DNA of 64,000 nucleotides from Candidatus Sumerlaeaceae bacterium (GTDB lineage: Bacteria > Sumerlaeota > Sumerlaeia > Sumerlaeales > Sumerlaeaceae). The translations under genes were made by a program, and so were the position numbers. Where the stretch lies: assembly GCA_051003195.1 (NCBI GenBank), contig JBPCLP010000035.1, positions 32,001 to 96,000 on the forward strand. The letters are read 5' to 3'. Position 1 is the first letter of the stretch, and every line of letters begins with the position of its first letter. The notes beneath the pieces were generated by a model, which was not told the origin of the DNA, searched no databases, and saw nothing but the letters and a program-made list of their open reading frames with translations. Below, piece by piece: positions 42,007 through 51,891 of the stretch.

Positions 42007-43515
42007 TTACAGGTCGTATTTCTTAATCTTATTGTACAGCGTCTTGAGGCTGATTCCCAGTTTCTCGGCCACAAGTGGTTTATTGTTATCTGTGTCAGCA
42101 AGCAGACGTTCGATCATCAGCCGCTCCATGCTCTCCAGTGTGGTGTCCCCACCTGACAGAAACGCGAGGGGATCTCCGGAAGAGCTCGAGGCGCTGCTGT
42201 GTGCGTGACCATTCTTGCCGCCCTCCACACCAACCAGCGCCAGTTCCTCGTCGGGCTCCTCTGCCTCTTCATTGCCGTTCTGCTCTTTCTCTTCGCTCAG
42301 CGAAACAGTGGGCGCATTGCCGGCTGCCACAGCGGCCATGTTCACTTCTTTTTTGAGGTAGTCAGGAAGAGCGTCCAAAGTCAGCCGTTCACCCCTTGCA
42401 ACAATCAGCGCGCGGTTGACCACGTTGCGCAATTCGCGGACATTACCCGGCCACTGGTAACACTTCATGAGGTCGATCACTTTTGGATCAAAGCTCATCT
42501 GCGGGCGTGCTTCTTCTTCGCACAATTTTTCCAGAAACATCTGTGCAAGGAACGGAATGTCCTCAGGTCTTTCGCGCAACGAACACGCATGAATTGGAAA
42601 AATGTTAATTCGATAATAGAGGTCTTCGCGCAGCTTCCCGTCTTCGATCGCCTTCTTAGGGTCTCTGTTGCTGGCGCTGATGATGCGCACATTGATCTGA
42701 AGCTCAGTGTTCCCGCCGACCCGGCGAATGCGATTTTCCTCCAGCACCCGCAGCAACTTGCCCTGCAGCTCGATCGGAAGCTCCGTAATCTCGTCGAGGA
42801 AGATCGTCCCGCCGTACGCCTCTTCGAAATAACCCCTGCGCTGCTGTGTCGCACCGGTGAATGCGCCCTTTTCATGTCCGAACAACTCGCTTTCGATGAG
42901 CGTCGGTGCAATGGCCGCGCAGTTCACCGCGACAAAGGGCTTGTTGCGGCGGCGCGAGTAATCGTGAATGGTCTTCGCTATCAGTGTCTTGCCGGTCCCA
43001 CTTTCCCCCGTGATAAAGATGCTGGCTTCGGTAGGCGCCACACGCTCAATCAGCGTGTAAAGTTTCTGCATCGGTTCGCTGCGGCCCTTCATGGCGCCCA
43101 GCGTTCCCGCCTTTCGCAATTGCTGCCGCAGGCTTTTTACTTCCTGCTGCATTTCCCGTTTTTCGATGATCTGCTCGATCGCCAGCTTGAGCCGTGGTGG
43201 CTCAACAGGCTTCGTTAAATAGTTCTCCGCCCCGAGATGGATCGCGGTCACCGCATCCTCGATACTGCCATGCCCGGTGAGGATCACTATCGGGACTGTC
43301 AGGTTCCGCTCCTTGGCGGTTTTGACCAGGTCGATGCCGGAGCCATCGGGAAGCATTACGTCGGTAAGTATTACATCAATTGCATCATTATCGAGGTGCG
43401 ACAGGCTTTCCTGGAAGTTGGAAGCAAGGATCACCTGGTGACCCCACATCTTCAACAACTCGCCCAACGCATTCCTCAGGTTGGCCTCGTCATCCACAAT
43501 CAGCACGGTGGCCAT
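42007..43515 (-). CDS. Sigma-54-dependent response regulator (NtrC/AtoC family)
   Basis: REC (LTDVMLPD), GESGTGKT, ELFGHEKGAFTGA, WPGNVRELRN, Fis-type HTH. Confidence 0.96.
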   Translation of the reverse strand: MATVLIVDDEANLRNALGELLKMWGHQVILASNFQESLSHLDNDAIDVILTDVMLPDGSGIDLVKTAKERNLTVPIVILTGHGSIEDAVTAIHLGAENYLTKPVEPPRLKLAIEQIIEKREMQQEVKSLRQQLRKAGTLGAMKGRSEPMQKLYTLIERVAPTEASIFITGESGTGKTLIAKTIHDYSRRRNKPFVAVNCAAIAPTLIESELFGHEKGAFTGATQQRRGYFEEAYGGTIFLDEITELPIELQGKLLRVLEENRIRRVGGNTELQINVRIISASNRDPKKAIEDGKLREDLYYRINIFPIHACSLRERPEDIPFLAQMFLEKLCEEEARPQMSFDPKVIDLMKCYQWPGNVRELRNVVNRALIVARGERLTLDALPDYLKKEVNMAAVAAGNAPTVSLSEEKEQNGNEEAEEPDEELALVGVEGGKNGHAHSSASSSSGDPLAFLSGGDTTLESMERLMIERLLADTDNNKPLVAEKLGISLKTLYNKIKKYDL

Positions 43516-43707
43516 CAAAATTTTTGCTCCTCCCGAAAATGCTAACGTCTCAGTATACCGCTATGGCGGCTTTGTGTCTCAGAACCAACTTAACTTTTTT
43601 ACAAAGCACTGACATTGTGAGGCATAGAAATGCCTCTGCAACCAAATACGGAGCTACTGTTCAGCAAGAATGAAGCCGGTTCCGCTATAATGGCGAAGCC
43701 CGGCTCT

Positions 43708-45438
43708 CTAGTCCGAAGTGGAACACGCGTTGAACCCGCAGTAGCGCTTGCGGAAATAACTGTAGAACTGGGGGTGCTGTCGGATCGTGGCCAGATCAAT
43801 GTCCGCTTCCGGCGGCGACATGATAAATGCCCGGATTTCCTCGTCCGTCCATCCACTGTGACAACCAAACTCGAAGGTAAAACTAATGTCGCCTTTCGGC
43901 GTGTTGCCGCCCCACAGGCAAAGATCGCCGCTGCGCTGCATGAGCGTCACGCGCCAAATACCGTCGACTACATGCTGACGGTCAATCGAATGATCAAACG
44001 GCATGCTGCCTTGGCTCGATTTGACGCCCGATCGAGACAGCACGGTGAATCCAGCATTCGACTGCACGAACACGTCGCCATTGCTCATTTTCGCCGAAAT
44101 GCAACCGATGCACGGATGCGCCACCAGCCGTTCCACGATGCCCGGATGCATGAGTTCAATTTCCTCCAGGTTGAGTTTATGCGCGTGGCGCGTCCAGTAG
44201 GCGTACGCGATTGGACCGGTGGAAACTACCGTTACCTCCGATGCCGTCGGCGGACCCGCTTCCGGGTTTAGTTGCGGCAGGTGACCTCGCATCGAGTCGG
44301 AGTATTGACGCAGTGCATCGCGCAAAAACCACGGCGCGGTTTGTGCAATGCGGTTGGTCGCGTCCGCGCTCAGGCGAACATTTCCCGCGCGCTCCTCCAG
44401 CCTGGGATGATTATCTACGGCAAGCCCGGCAAGCTGCTTTTCCAGGAAGCTTGCCAGCGGTTCACCTGCAACCTGCTCAAAAGGACGGCAGGCGCTTTGC
44501 CCATGATCCGACATAACATACAGATCATACTTTCGCGCAGAATAACGGGTCGCGAGGTGAATGCGTTTGATAGACCGGTCGATGGCACGCAGCCCCCACG
44601 TCGCAAAGGCGCTGTTGGGGCCGCGCTGATGTGCATGTTCGTCGTAGCTGAGGAAATTAATGTAGATGATCGGTACCTGGCGGTAAATGTCGATGACAGC
44701 GCCGAGAGTGATCAGCTCCCGGCTGATTAGCGACAGTCCTATTCGCACGGCGATGGTTTCCAGTTCCTTCCGGACTCGTCCCGTTCGCCGGATCCGGCGA
44801 AGGAAATCCCATATCGCGACGAAAAACTCCAATATCGCGAGCGCGATAATCTTTACCACCGTTTCGATATGCAGAAATGTGAGCATCGCCAGGTCCCATA
44901 CGCGAAGCGCAAACTTCCAGCGCCGCGGTGCCAGCAGCGACGAGAATATGAACAACGAGGCCTCGGCATCGCCCGTGTAAACACAACTGAATACGCTGCC
45001 GTGCCTCAAGAGCCCCGGGTTCGTAAACTGTGACTGCACGGCAAACGCGCACTCGCTCTCGCCCATTCGGTACAGGCGCTGCTCGCGTTTATCATAGAAG
45101 TTGAAGCCGGGTATGTTATCGTTGTTGCCATAAAACATGCCGCCCTGGAACGCCGGCGTGGATGTCGGGATCTGCGACAAATACGGATGAACTTTTAAAG
45201 TACCGCGACGGATCAGTTTGCGCAGATAGGGAAGCCGTCGCTTCGCTAATGCCTTCTGCATTCGATGATAAGAGAGGCCGTCGATCTGGACGATGACCAG
45301 CCCACGATGCTCGAGCGGGACATCGCTCATTGCGATTCCCATGCGCCGAAACATCGACGGCCCGCGTGCAAACGTACGGTGAAAAAGCCGCCGCATCCGG
45401 TTTAACAATGGCAGGCCTGGTCGGGTTGTGTTGCTCAC
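43708..45438 (-). CDS. Alkaline phosphatase superfamily / phosphodiesterase-like protein
   Basis: VQIDGLS, PTSTPAFQ, YDEHAHQRGP, MSDHGQ, GCHSG metal-binding motifs. Confidence 0.82.
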   Translation of the reverse strand: MSNTTRPGLPLLNRMRRLFHRTFARGPSMFRRMGIAMSDVPLEHRGLVIVQIDGLSYHRMQKALAKRRLPYLRKLIRRGTLKVHPYLSQIPTSTPAFQGGMFYGNNDNIPGFNFYDKREQRLYRMGESECAFAVQSQFTNPGLLRHGSVFSCVYTGDAEASLFIFSSLLAPRRWKFALRVWDLAMLTFLHIETVVKIIALAILEFFVAIWDFLRRIRRTGRVRKELETIAVRIGLSLISRELITLGAVIDIYRQVPIIYINFLSYDEHAHQRGPNSAFATWGLRAIDRSIKRIHLATRYSARKYDLYVMSDHGQSACRPFEQVAGEPLASFLEKQLAGLAVDNHPRLEERAGNVRLSADATNRIAQTAPWFLRDALRQYSDSMRGHLPQLNPEAGPPTASEVTVVSTGPIAYAYWTRHAHKLNLEEIELMHPGIVERLVAHPCIGCISAKMSNGDVFVQSNAGFTVLSRSGVKSSQGSMPFDHSIDRQHVVDGIWRVTLMQRSGDLCLWGGNTPKGDISFTFEFGCHSGWTDEEIRAFIMSPPEADIDLATIRQHPQFYSYFRKRYCGFNACSTSD

Positions 45439-45626
45439 GTGGTGAACTTCATTGCTGCAACTCCTTAATCCGCAATCACATTCAAGTTGGGCGACGCCAG
45501 GAGCTTCAATCCCATGACGGACGAGGAACTTGCCGCTCTTCAGCCCACAGGCAAAGCGTTAGCCGCACAGTGGAAGGAGCACCTCGGTCAACTCGTCTAA
45601 GCCGGCGTGAGCTGGACCAGGGCTCC

Positions 45627-46658
45627 TCAGTACTGCTTCGCCACTCTCGCCGTCGGGTAGTAATGTTTCAAAATTTCACGGAACGACTTTCCGGCGTTCG
45701 CCATTCCCATGGATCCGGTCTGGCACATCCCCACCGCATGGCCACTGCCTGCTCCTCGCAATACAAAATGCGTTGGTCGGCTAACCGGACCACTGGTCTC
45801 CACGGCAAATGCGCTGCTCTTCAGCATTGGATGGAAAAGCTGCCGGATTTCAATCTGTGGCCCGACTCGCAATTCTCCATTCTCTCCCACAAACACCACT
45901 TGTTTAAGTCGCCCCGATGCGCCGCGTTCGCCCGTGCGTATTTTCAGCACGCGCCCAATACCCTTTTGTTTTGCCACGCAGGAGGTAACCTCCTCCGCCG
46001 TCAACTGCCGCATCCAGCGGAAGTTGCGGCCGGCCCACTCCAGCACCTGCGACTTCGCCGGATTACAGTACGATGCCGGGCTGCCGGCGAGCCACTTCAA
46101 AAAATCCTTTTCGCGTGCCAGGTCCAACTCCGGTTCTGCTGTTCCATCGAACCGTGCGGTCCCGTGATACGCCTTCTCGGACGAACGCTCCGGCCAGGAG
46201 TTGCGGATGTCTTCTGTGTGGCCGCCACAGTGTGCGGCGTAATATGCGGGGATCGGCTTCCCCTTGTACGTCAGCACAAGCCCGCGTGTTTCGCTGACCG
46301 CTGCATCCGTCGAAGCCGTCGCCTTCGAAAGTCCGGAGTAAACCTGGCAGTGCACTGTCGAGCACACATCAGCTCCGTCCGCTTTGTGCTTGCTGCTGTT
46401 TAGCGCAACAGCGGCAAACGAACGCGCCGCCACCGCCTGCGCACACTTGGCCTGCTCGGGGGCGCCTGTGCCGATTTCTGAAGGAACCACACCGCGGAGG
46501 TATTCCTCCAGCGGTAGCGTGACTACTTTAGACGTATCATTCGTAAGTACTCGTATGTCGGGTTCAGTTCCTGCGCGCGAAATTTTCGTCTCCACTGCAT
46601 ATCCGGCGAGCGTCAGCGAACCGAAGATGCTCACTAGCAAAACTTTGTCTGGCCGCAA
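45627..46658 (-). CDS. SpoIID/LytB-domain lytic transglycosylase-like protein
   Basis: LEEYLRGVVPSE, AQAVAARS, CQVYSG, GSGHAVGMCQ, ILKHYY; AGGAGG before TTG at 46658. Confidence 0.92.
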   Translation of the reverse strand: MRPDKVLLVSIFGSLTLAGYAVETKISRAGTEPDIRVLTNDTSKVVTLPLEEYLRGVVPSEIGTGAPEQAKCAQAVAARSFAAVALNSSKHKADGADVCSTVHCQVYSGLSKATASTDAAVSETRGLVLTYKGKPIPAYYAAHCGGHTEDIRNSWPERSSEKAYHGTARFDGTAEPELDLAREKDFLKWLAGSPASYCNPAKSQVLEWAGRNFRWMRQLTAEEVTSCVAKQKGIGRVLKIRTGERGASGRLKQVVFVGENGELRVGPQIEIRQLFHPMLKSSAFAVETSGPVSRPTHFVLRGAGSGHAVGMCQTGSMGMANAGKSFREILKHYYPTARVAKQY

Positions 46659-46717
46659 CCGGAGCCTCCTGCCATTTTGATAACGCGTCGAGACAGAGAG
46701 GGCAATTTCGTTACGCA

Positions 46718-48049
46718 ATGGAAACTGCAAGAACTGCTGAAGCAAAACAGCTGAGACACTTGAGATCTGGCGTGCTTTTCCTGGGTCTGCTGGCGGTTGC
46801 GTTTAGTTTGCAAGCGCAGTCCGGGCCCGTAGTCACTGTCCACGAGTGGGGAACGTTTACCTGTCTGCAGGACGAGCAAGGCCAAGAGATTGTCGGAATT
46901 AACGCAGACGACGAACTGCTGCCGAAATTTGTGCACCGGTTGAAGTGGGACGGCAGCCAGTCGCGCGATGGCAAAGGCGCACCGCGCTGCCATCCCGATG
47001 TCACGATGCGACTGGAAACGCCAGTAACTTACTTTCATCCGCCGCTGAACACCACCGAAACGCTTGTCGTAAACGTCACAGTTGAGTTCCATGGCGGACT
47101 CCTCACAGAGTATTATCCCTACGCGACAACATCCGTTGATTCCAGAACTACAGACTCCGTACCGGCGCGGACACCAATCACTGCCAGCACCACCGGGGCG
47201 ATCAGTTGGCAGGGCGTGCGAATTGGCGACCAGGCCGAGCCGCTTGAAACCAGCAGCCCCGTTTGGCTGGCACCGCGCGCCGTCGGCTCCGCGGCCACAC
47301 TTAAGGTATACAAGCCAGGTCCGCCTGGAAGCAAACCGGACGACGAAGGAACGACCGAAGGCGAAGTGTACCTCTTCTACCGCGGCGTTGCACATCTGGA
47401 GTCACCTGTACGGGTCGAACGCACCGTCGGGACGGGCCTCAAGATTTCGCTCCGGCATACCGCACAGCCTTTCCACGTTGCTTCAGCGTGGCTTCTGGAC
47501 GTGAAGCACGATGGTGCAGCATCGTTCCGGCACATCGGGCAGATGGATAGCCGCTCCTCGCATACGAACCATCAAACGGAGTTCCCTGCTGGAGGCTATT
47601 CATCCGGTGCGACAGGCGAACTCCAGTCGCAGATGCGCGAAGCACTCAACGCTGAAGGCCTTTTTGACGACGAAGCTGCGGCCATGCTAAAAACGTGGGA
47701 GCTCTCGTACTTCCGAAGCCCTGGCCTGCGACTCTTCTATTTGCTCCCGCAGCAATGGACGGATAAAGTATTGCCATTGAAAATCGACGGCCCGGCGCGT
47801 ATTGCGCATCGCATCATGATGGGGCGCGTCGAGCTGGTCACAGCGGAGCAGCGGACATTGGTGCAACAAATTGCCACCCGCGCAAGCACCCGTGATAAAA
47901 TTGCAAACCTGCCGCTGCTTGAGAATTTCAACCAGCTTGGTCGCTTCGGAAATGCGATTGTACTGGATGAACTTCGTCGCCGACCGACTGAGCCGCTGCG
48001 AGCTTTCGTTCAGCAGTTCAATCTGCAGTCCGCGTTCGATCAGCCGTAA
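46718..48049 (+). CDS. Exported hypothetical protein with VHEWGTFT motif
   Basis: Signal peptide; VHEWGTFT, RLETPV.YF, LFYRG, EGLFDDEAAAMLKTW. Confidence 0.8.
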   Translation: METARTAEAKQLRHLRSGVLFLGLLAVAFSLQAQSGPVVTVHEWGTFTCLQDEQGQEIVGINADDELLPKFVHRLKWDGSQSRDGKGAPRCHPDVTMRLETPVTYFHPPLNTTETLVVNVTVEFHGGLLTEYYPYATTSVDSRTTDSVPARTPITASTTGAISWQGVRIGDQAEPLETSSPVWLAPRAVGSAATLKVYKPGPPGSKPDDEGTTEGEVYLFYRGVAHLESPVRVERTVGTGLKISLRHTAQPFHVASAWLLDVKHDGAASFRHIGQMDSRSSHTNHQTEFPAGGYSSGATGELQSQMREALNAEGLFDDEAAAMLKTWELSYFRSPGLRLFYLLPQQWTDKVLPLKIDGPARIAHRIMMGRVELVTAEQRTLVQQIATRASTRDKIANLPLLENFNQLGRFGNAIVLDELRRRPTEPLRAFVQQFNLQSAFDQP

Positions 48050-48058
48050 GTCCGTCGA

Positions 48059-48631
48059 TTACGGCCGCTCGCACACAGTTGTTTCTACCAGCTCCATCAG
48101 CTCGCGAAACGCCGCCTCACAACGAGGGTCGGATTCATACATGCCTTTCACACGCACACGCGCCGCGGCGACATCGTTGGCGCCCTTGCCGCGACTGATA
48201 ATCCGCCGACATTCCTGCGGCATCGGTCCCCAATTGCCGCACTCCACAAACGCGTCGTTCAGGAAAACGAATTTCGGAATCGCCTCACCGCCGTTCGTGA
48301 GAAAGCGTACAAAGACATCCGGGTGCTGATCCCGTGAGATGAAACGCAACTGCACCTTACCCTTTGAGTCTGCGGCAATCCGCGCCATCACGGGGGCAAA
48401 GCGCACCACATCTCCGCACCAGTCCTCCGCAATGGCGATCACCTGCACCGTTCGCGCGAGGTTCGCAACCAGCGCCTTGAGCGTCGCATCCAGGGAAAGT
48501 TCATCGTACAATTTCTGGATGCGCTCGCGGTGCTCCGGCATTTCCGCCTGTTCCAGCCACACGGAGAACTCAACCCCGCTGGCAAAAACCGCACGCCAGT
48601 CGATCGTCGGAAGGTTCGGTGGTCTGGGCAT
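48059..48631 (-). CDS. Thioredoxin-family protein (WCGD, Thioredoxin_9-like)
   Basis: AEDWCGD, FLTNGGEAIPK, WGPMP; AAGGAG RBS. Confidence 0.88.
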   Translation of the reverse strand: MPRPPNLPTIDWRAVFASGVEFSVWLEQAEMPEHRERIQKLYDELSLDATLKALVANLARTVQVIAIAEDWCGDVVRFAPVMARIAADSKGKVQLRFISRDQHPDVFVRFLTNGGEAIPKFVFLNDAFVECGNWGPMPQECRRIISRGKGANDVAAARVRVKGMYESDPRCEAAFRELMELVETTVCERP

Positions 48632-48728
48632 ATCACATCTCCTTATTGCCGTTCGGAGTAGACGCTTCGGCCTGGTATCGGCATAACCGAAACGCTAGAC
48701 CGCAACAATCGCACCCAAACATTGAAAA

Positions 48729-50054
48729 CTAATCACGTACAAAAACTGTCCGGCCGCCGACGATCGTCCGCATGACAAGTCCCTGCACACGCTGGCCAAT
48801 CAGTGGCGAATTGCAGCTTTTACCGCGGAAGAACTGCGGCGTCACCTCAAATTCCTTTTCGAGATCGATTATCACCAGGTCCGCAGGCGCGCCTTGCGCC
48901 AGAGTGCCGCGCGGCTGCAGGTGCAAAACATCTGCAGGCTTGCTGGTCATCCTCTCGATGAGGAACGGCAGCGACATGCGACCGGTCTTCACAAGCGACG
49001 TGTACACCAGTGGGAAAGCAGTCTCCAGCCCAACCATTCCGAACGGGCATTCGGTAATCGGGAAATCCTTCTCGATATCCGTATGTGGTGCGTGGTCGGT
49101 AGCAATGCAATCAATCGTTCCATCCAGAAGCGCCTCGATCAGCGCTTGACGGTCCTCCTCACTGCCCAGCGGCGGGTTCACCTTTGCTGCCGTGTCGAAG
49201 CCAAGCAGCGCTTCATCGGTCAGGCAGAGATGATGCGGCGTAACTTCAGCGGTCAATCTGCCGAGCCTGCTGCCGTTTGTCCGCGCGCCCATTTGCGCTT
49301 TGGCCCGGCGCAGCACCTCCACGCTCTCGCGTTTGGATACATGCATGATGTGCATGTGCCCGCCCGTGGTCATCACCAGCTCCGCATCGCGCGCCACCTG
49401 CACACTTTCCGCGATCGCCGGAATCCCCTTTAGCCCGAGCCGCATGGAAACATCGCCCTCATGCATGATACCGCCGTGGGCCAGGTGCGCGTCCTCACAG
49501 TGGTCGAGAATCGGCACATTGAACATGGCCGAATACTCCAGCGCCCGTCGCATGATTTCCGTGTTCATAACTGGCCGGCCGTCATCGGTGAAACCGTACG
49601 CGCCGTTATGAACAAGGTCGCCGAATTCCACGATTTCTTCGCCCGCCTGCCCTTTCGTCACCGCTGCATACGGGAAGACGTTCACGATTGCGTCTGTCTC
49701 CGCGCGGGCTAGCACGAACTTCAGCCCTGTTTGGCTGTCGATCACTGGATTCGTATTCGGAATGGGGCAGACCGACGTAAAGCCGCCAGCCGCGGCCGCG
49801 CGTGTTCCCGTAGCGATCGTCTCTTTGTCTTCGCGTCCTGGCTCGCGCAGGTGCGTATGCAGATCGATAAACCCAGGGCAGAGCAGGAGCCCCGCCGCGT
49901 CGATTACTTCAGTGCCCGATGGCGTATCCTCTTTTGAGATACTTTCCGCCACCCGGTCGATCGTGCCATGCTGCACCAGCACAGCGCCGGAAGTAAAATC
50001 TACGCCAGACCCCGGATCAAGCACACGCGCATTCTGAATTAGCAGGCTGGCCAT
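48729..50054 (-). CDS. pyrC: Dihydroorotase (class I)
   Basis: PGFIDLHTHLREPG, FTDDG, HCED, EVTPHHL, KVNPPL, ATDHAPH. Confidence 0.96.
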   Translation of the reverse strand: MASLLIQNARVLDPGSGVDFTSGAVLVQHGTIDRVAESISKEDTPSGTEVIDAAGLLLCPGFIDLHTHLREPGREDKETIATGTRAAAAGGFTSVCPIPNTNPVIDSQTGLKFVLARAETDAIVNVFPYAAVTKGQAGEEIVEFGDLVHNGAYGFTDDGRPVMNTEIMRRALEYSAMFNVPILDHCEDAHLAHGGIMHEGDVSMRLGLKGIPAIAESVQVARDAELVMTTGGHMHIMHVSKRESVEVLRRAKAQMGARTNGSRLGRLTAEVTPHHLCLTDEALLGFDTAAKVNPPLGSEEDRQALIEALLDGTIDCIATDHAPHTDIEKDFPITECPFGMVGLETAFPLVYTSLVKTGRMSLPFLIERMTSKPADVLHLQPRGTLAQGAPADLVIIDLEKEFEVTPQFFRGKSCNSPLIGQRVQGLVMRTIVGGRTVFVRD

Positions 50055-50106
50055 TTGGTCCGGTTCAGTGCGATGCCCGTGGCCGGAGGGCAAGTGGATT
50101 GTACAC

Positions 50107-50140
50107 AAATAAAAATCCCCCCGATGTTATCAGGGGGGAC
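50107..50140 (-). terminator. Rho-independent terminator
   Basis: Minus strand GTCCCCCC-TGATAACATC-GGGGGGA followed by TTTTTATTT, just after the 50172 stop. Confidence 0.75.
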
Positions 50141-50171
50141 GAATGGCAGGAAAATGGAGTACGGGAACTAT

Positions 50172-50390
50172 TTACCGCTTTATGGATTGTGTCTGTTTCA
50201 TCCAGTCCAGATGATACAAAGGGCACACGCCCAGCAGGAACTGATTCTTGTGCTTATGACTGCAAAGACTCTGGCCCTCGTAATGAGGCGAGCGCCCTTC
50301 ATGGAACACACAGTTGGTCAGCGTACAATCGACCACCACGGGTTTGGCTGCCTTCTCAACCGCGCGAAACGCGCGATCCGTCAGTCGCAT
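50172..50390 (-). CDS. Small Cys/His-rich protein (72 aa)
   Basis: C-x4-C-x2-H...C-x-H...CPLY pattern; has its own terminator. Confidence 0.6.
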   Translation of the reverse strand: MRLTDRAFRAVEKAAKPVVVDCTLTNCVFHEGRSPHYEGQSLCSHKHKNQFLLGVCPLYHLDWMKQTQSIKR

Positions 50391-50743
50391 TACCGGTTCA
50401 CCTGCCTTCCGCGCTCTTAGATGTACGGCAATTCAAAAGAATGCTGGCCTGAAGCACCACCCCGAAAAAGGGAAGCCGCTCGATAATATGGGCAGTCTCT
50501 TCAGGCCAACGCGTCCAAGCATGGAACAGCAATTCCTGAACGGCAACTGATACTTGCGTTAGCATCAGGGTTCTGGCATCAGACCTTCCTGCTGCTGATG
50601 CAGGCGATGTAGGACCCACTCCTACACGCCACTATGCGTTTGTCTGGCACGCTTATTATCTCACTTCTTTCATCTTCCCACTTGCCCGCTGTGCTATTCT
50701 TAAGGATAACATCTCTATATCTGCACTACCAGGAGTAGGCCCG

Positions 50744-51238
50744 GTGCCACACAAGCGCTCAAAGCCCTTCGAACTTTCGAACAACTTTAAAACATCTGCA
50801 CAACGTGAACATGGATTTTCCCTGCTCGAGACCGCTTTCGCTATGGGAATCATGCTAACGATGGGGTTGGCTGTGATTAGCGGTATCATATTCACCCGCC
50901 AGATGATGGAACTCGATAAGCAACGGCTTGCTGCTTTGGCCTATGCGCGACGTGTAATGGAAGAGGCGCAAAACACGAGCAGCACGCTGGATGGCGGACC
51001 TATGATGGAACTGATTCCATTCAATTCACCCGGTCAGGAAATCAGCGCTGCGGTCGGGGTAAGTTTCTATGCCATTAACGACGACGGCACCGTTAGTACC
51101 AGCGCCCTTCCTTCCGTTCCCTCGAAGAGCCTTACCAAGTGCCGCGTCACAGTCATCTGGAGGCCAAGCGGCACCATTGGATATAAACAGCAGCGCGTAA
51201 GCCTTGAGAGTTTAGTCACGGGTACCACGACGCTATGA
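50744..51238 (+). CDS. Type IV pilin-like (PilV-type minor pilin/pseudopilin) protein
   Basis: AGGAG RBS; class III signal G/FSLLE followed by hydrophobic helix. Confidence 0.85.
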   Translation: MPHKRSKPFELSNNFKTSAQREHGFSLLETAFAMGIMLTMGLAVISGIIFTRQMMELDKQRLAALAYARRVMEEAQNTSSTLDGGPMMELIPFNSPGQEISAAVGVSFYAINDDGTVSTSALPSVPSKSLTKCRVTVIWRPSGTIGYKQQRVSLESLVTGTTTL

Positions 51239-51891
51239 TGCATAAGATTCTAAATGCCCGGCGTGGATTCACGCTTCTGGAAACCACGATTTCCCTCGGC
51301 GTCCTGATGTTTATCATGTCGTTCTCAGCCTACCTGGTGTTTCTTTCCGGCCGTAATGTTATCAACGTTCGCGACCAGGTTGTTTCGCAGACCGCCGCCG
51401 CAGCTGCGTCTGAAAGAGTGGTTAATCTCCTGCGTAATGCTCACCATTTTTCAACAGTCGTAGCCAGTCCTGCGGACGATCCGGTGAGCAATACGCTGAA
51501 ACGTGTCGAGTTCGTCCGACCGATGCTGAATGGAACTTATACGACTTCCACCATCGCATGGGATGCAGTGCGCAAGCAGCTTAAATACTTTGAGAATGCC
51601 GCCGATGTCAGTTACGATGGAAATAAAAACCCAACAGTGAGCTCTACTCCTACCCGGGTGTTCAAGAATATCGGAAGCTTCGAAGTCATCTGGCAAAATG
51701 AGTATCGACTCCAGCTCACCTTCAAGTTTCAGTACCGCGGCTTTGCGCTCTATTTTCAGAATCCCGGCAACCCCGCATTTGGCCAGATGATCACAGACGT
51801 AGTCGCCAAGAACCATTTTATCGATAAAGGAGCGCTTAATTATGGGGACCCGTACACAACCACTCCATTTATGCTTGGTATGGCGGAGTAA
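51235..51891 (+). CDS. Type IV pilin-like (PilW-type) protein
   Basis: RRG/FTLLE prepilin cleavage motif; ATGA overlap with the previous gene. Confidence 0.87.
   Translation: MMHKILNARRGFTLLETTISLGVLMFIMSFSAYLVFLSGRNVINVRDQVVSQTAAAAASERVVNLLRNAHHFSTVVASPADDPVSNTLKRVEFVRPMLNGTYTTSTIAWDAVRKQLKYFENAADVSYDGNKNPTVSSTPTRVFKNIGSFEVIWQNEYRLQLTFKFQYRGFALYFQNPGNPAFGQMITDVVAKNHFIDKGALNYGDPYTTTPFMLGMAE

Noticed and set aside
50645..50660. Possible sigma-54 promoter (TGGCACG) upstream of the pilin genes
   Set aside because: The -12 element reads TTAT rather than TTGC.
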